Part shown: one piece after another, positions 63,055 to 64,000 of the stretch
How the letters are laid out: each line of letters opens with the position of its first letter
Position numbering within the stretch: the first letter of the stretch is position 1
DNA from: a virus
IMG/VR virus record: IMGVR_UViG_3300005747_000012
Location: 65,268 to 129,267 of that record
Direction: 5' to 3' (one strand)
DNA length: 64,000 bases
Program-made: the position numbers and the translations under genes
The notes under the pieces: model-generated
Database searches by the model: none
What the model saw: the letters and a program-made list of their open reading frames with translations, nothing else
Told to the model about the DNA's origin: nothing

Positions 63055-63213
63055 TTATTTTTTTCTAACAATTTTTTTTTCAATTTTTTTTATAGTATTT
63101 TTAATAAAACCTAAGTCTTTTTTATTATCTTTGCTGGCATCAACATCAGTTTTTTTATCTTTTTTCTTGCTCATATTGGCAATAAGCTGTCGAATTTTTT
63201 CAGATTTTTTCAT
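63055..63213 (-). CDS. small basic protein (52 aa)
   Basis: MKKSEKIRQLIANMSKKKD...; AGGTG RBS. Confidence 0.55.
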   Translation of the reverse strand: MKKSEKIRQLIANMSKKKDKKTDVDASKDNKKDLGFIKNTIKKIEKKIVRKK

Positions 63214-63223
63214 TTACACCTAC

Positions 63224-63703
63224 TTACAGTGATTGAATAGCAGCTACCATAGCATCGTAAGATGTTTTAAATTCGTCAGCAGCATCTTTGCTAGTAAGAG
63301 AATGTTCTAGACTATACCTTGCTGACTCGCTCATTTCTTCAGCACCCATATCGGTTTTAGCTTTATCTAAAGCAGCTTGAGCTGCCGGAATACCGGGATC
63401 AAGAGGAGGAAGGGAATCAAGAGCAATAAATTTCTCAAGAACATCAGCCATTTTTACAATTTTCTTTGAAAGCTCTTTTCCACTAGCACCATTTCCGTCA
63501 CCAGCAAGACCAACAAACAACCTTTCTTCAATAGAAGCTTCTTTGTCACGGTCAAGAATATCCAAAATTGCTTGAGCAGCAGCAGCATCTACAGGAGCAG
63601 ATGTAACCTCTACACGGGCCGCAATTTCGCCACCAACTTTGTCATCAGTCATGGCAAGGTCTAATCTAAATTCAGTATCTTTACTTAGCATTTTTTCCTC
63701 CAT
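63224..63703 (-). CDS. hypothetical helical protein (late)
   Basis: 159 aa, late motif upstream. Confidence 0.7.
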   Translation of the reverse strand: MEEKMLSKDTEFRLDLAMTDDKVGGEIAARVEVTSAPVDAAAAQAILDILDRDKEASIEERLFVGLAGDGNGASGKELSKKIVKMADVLEKFIALDSLPPLDPGIPAAQAALDKAKTDMGAEEMSESARYSLEHSLTSKDAADEFKTSYDAMVAAIQSL

Positions 63704-63734
63704 ATAATCAAGATTAAATACTACGATTTTAATT

Positions 63735-63743
63735 TAAAGATTA
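63735..63743 (-). promoter_or_regulatory. putative late promoter (TAATCTTTA)
   Basis: Exact motif; variant TAATCTTGA at 63708-63716. Confidence 0.55.
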
Positions 63744-63824
63744 TTACTAATTACTCTTAATTACTGCCAAAAATTAATAAACCTTTGAAATTAGGCAAAT
63801 ATTTAATTATTGTAAATTTTTTAA

Positions 63825-63852
63825 TTGCAATTAAATAAGGTTGTGATAATAT
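63825..63852 (+). promoter_or_regulatory. sigma70-type promoter
   Basis: TTGCAA-16 bp-TAATAT with TG extension. Confidence 0.55.
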
Positions 63853-63910
63853 ATCTGTGAGATGTAAGAAAGCCAACAGCTTGAGTTAACTAATAATTTT
63901 AAAGGAAAAA

Positions 63911-64000
63911 ATGAATAAATACGATAAAGAATTAAAAGCAGCAGGGTCAGCAGCATGGGCAGTAGCAGAGGCAGCAGCAGGGTCAGCAGCAGGGTTAGCA
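63911..64000 (+). CDS. Ala-rich repeat protein, 5' fragment (runs off the window)
   Basis: AAGGA RBS; MNKYDKELKAAGSAAWAVAEAAAGSAAGLA, GCA-rich 12 bp units. Confidence 0.6.
   Translation, partial: MNKYDKELKAAGSAAWAVAEAAAGSAAGLA

Noticed and set aside
1-64000. Stop-codon reassignment, DGR/retron, integrase, tRNA or rRNA genes
   Set aside because: Conserved genes are intact in code 11 and TAA, TAG and TGA all end genes; no reverse transcriptase, recombinase or tRNA/rRNA patterns recognised by eye

Overview
AT-rich, densely coded 64 kb segment of a large lytic myovirus (contractile tail) using the standard bacterial code; almost every gene is on the minus strand. Bases 1-32 kb hold replication, nucleotide-metabolism and host-takeover genes: gp32-like SSB, DnaE, DnaQ-like exonuclease, NrdA/NrdB, SbcC/SbcD, two SF2 helicases, a sigma factor, GroES, a ClpP-like protease, cytochrome c and an M15 endolysin. 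Bases 32-64 kb hold packaging and virion genes: portal, terminase, GroEL, AAA+ ATPase, tail tube, sheath, neck and low-complexity head-region proteins. Mobile elements are two related LAGLIDADG inteins, a naturally split intein in the terminase with an endonuclease fused to its N-half, several homing endonucleases and one endonuclease relic. Most notable: (1) an mCpol-like nucleotide-cyclase domain on a probable virion polyprotein; (2) the fractured terminase; (3) a sigma factor lacking region 4.2, a separate region-4-like ORF and a -10-only late promoter motif TAATCTTTA; (4) an independently transcribed, structured ~125 nt ncRNA; (5) a shared Lys-based maturation/targeting motif in head-region proteins; (6) leaderless genes and an ATT start codon. 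All family calls come from motif recognition by eye; no database search was run.
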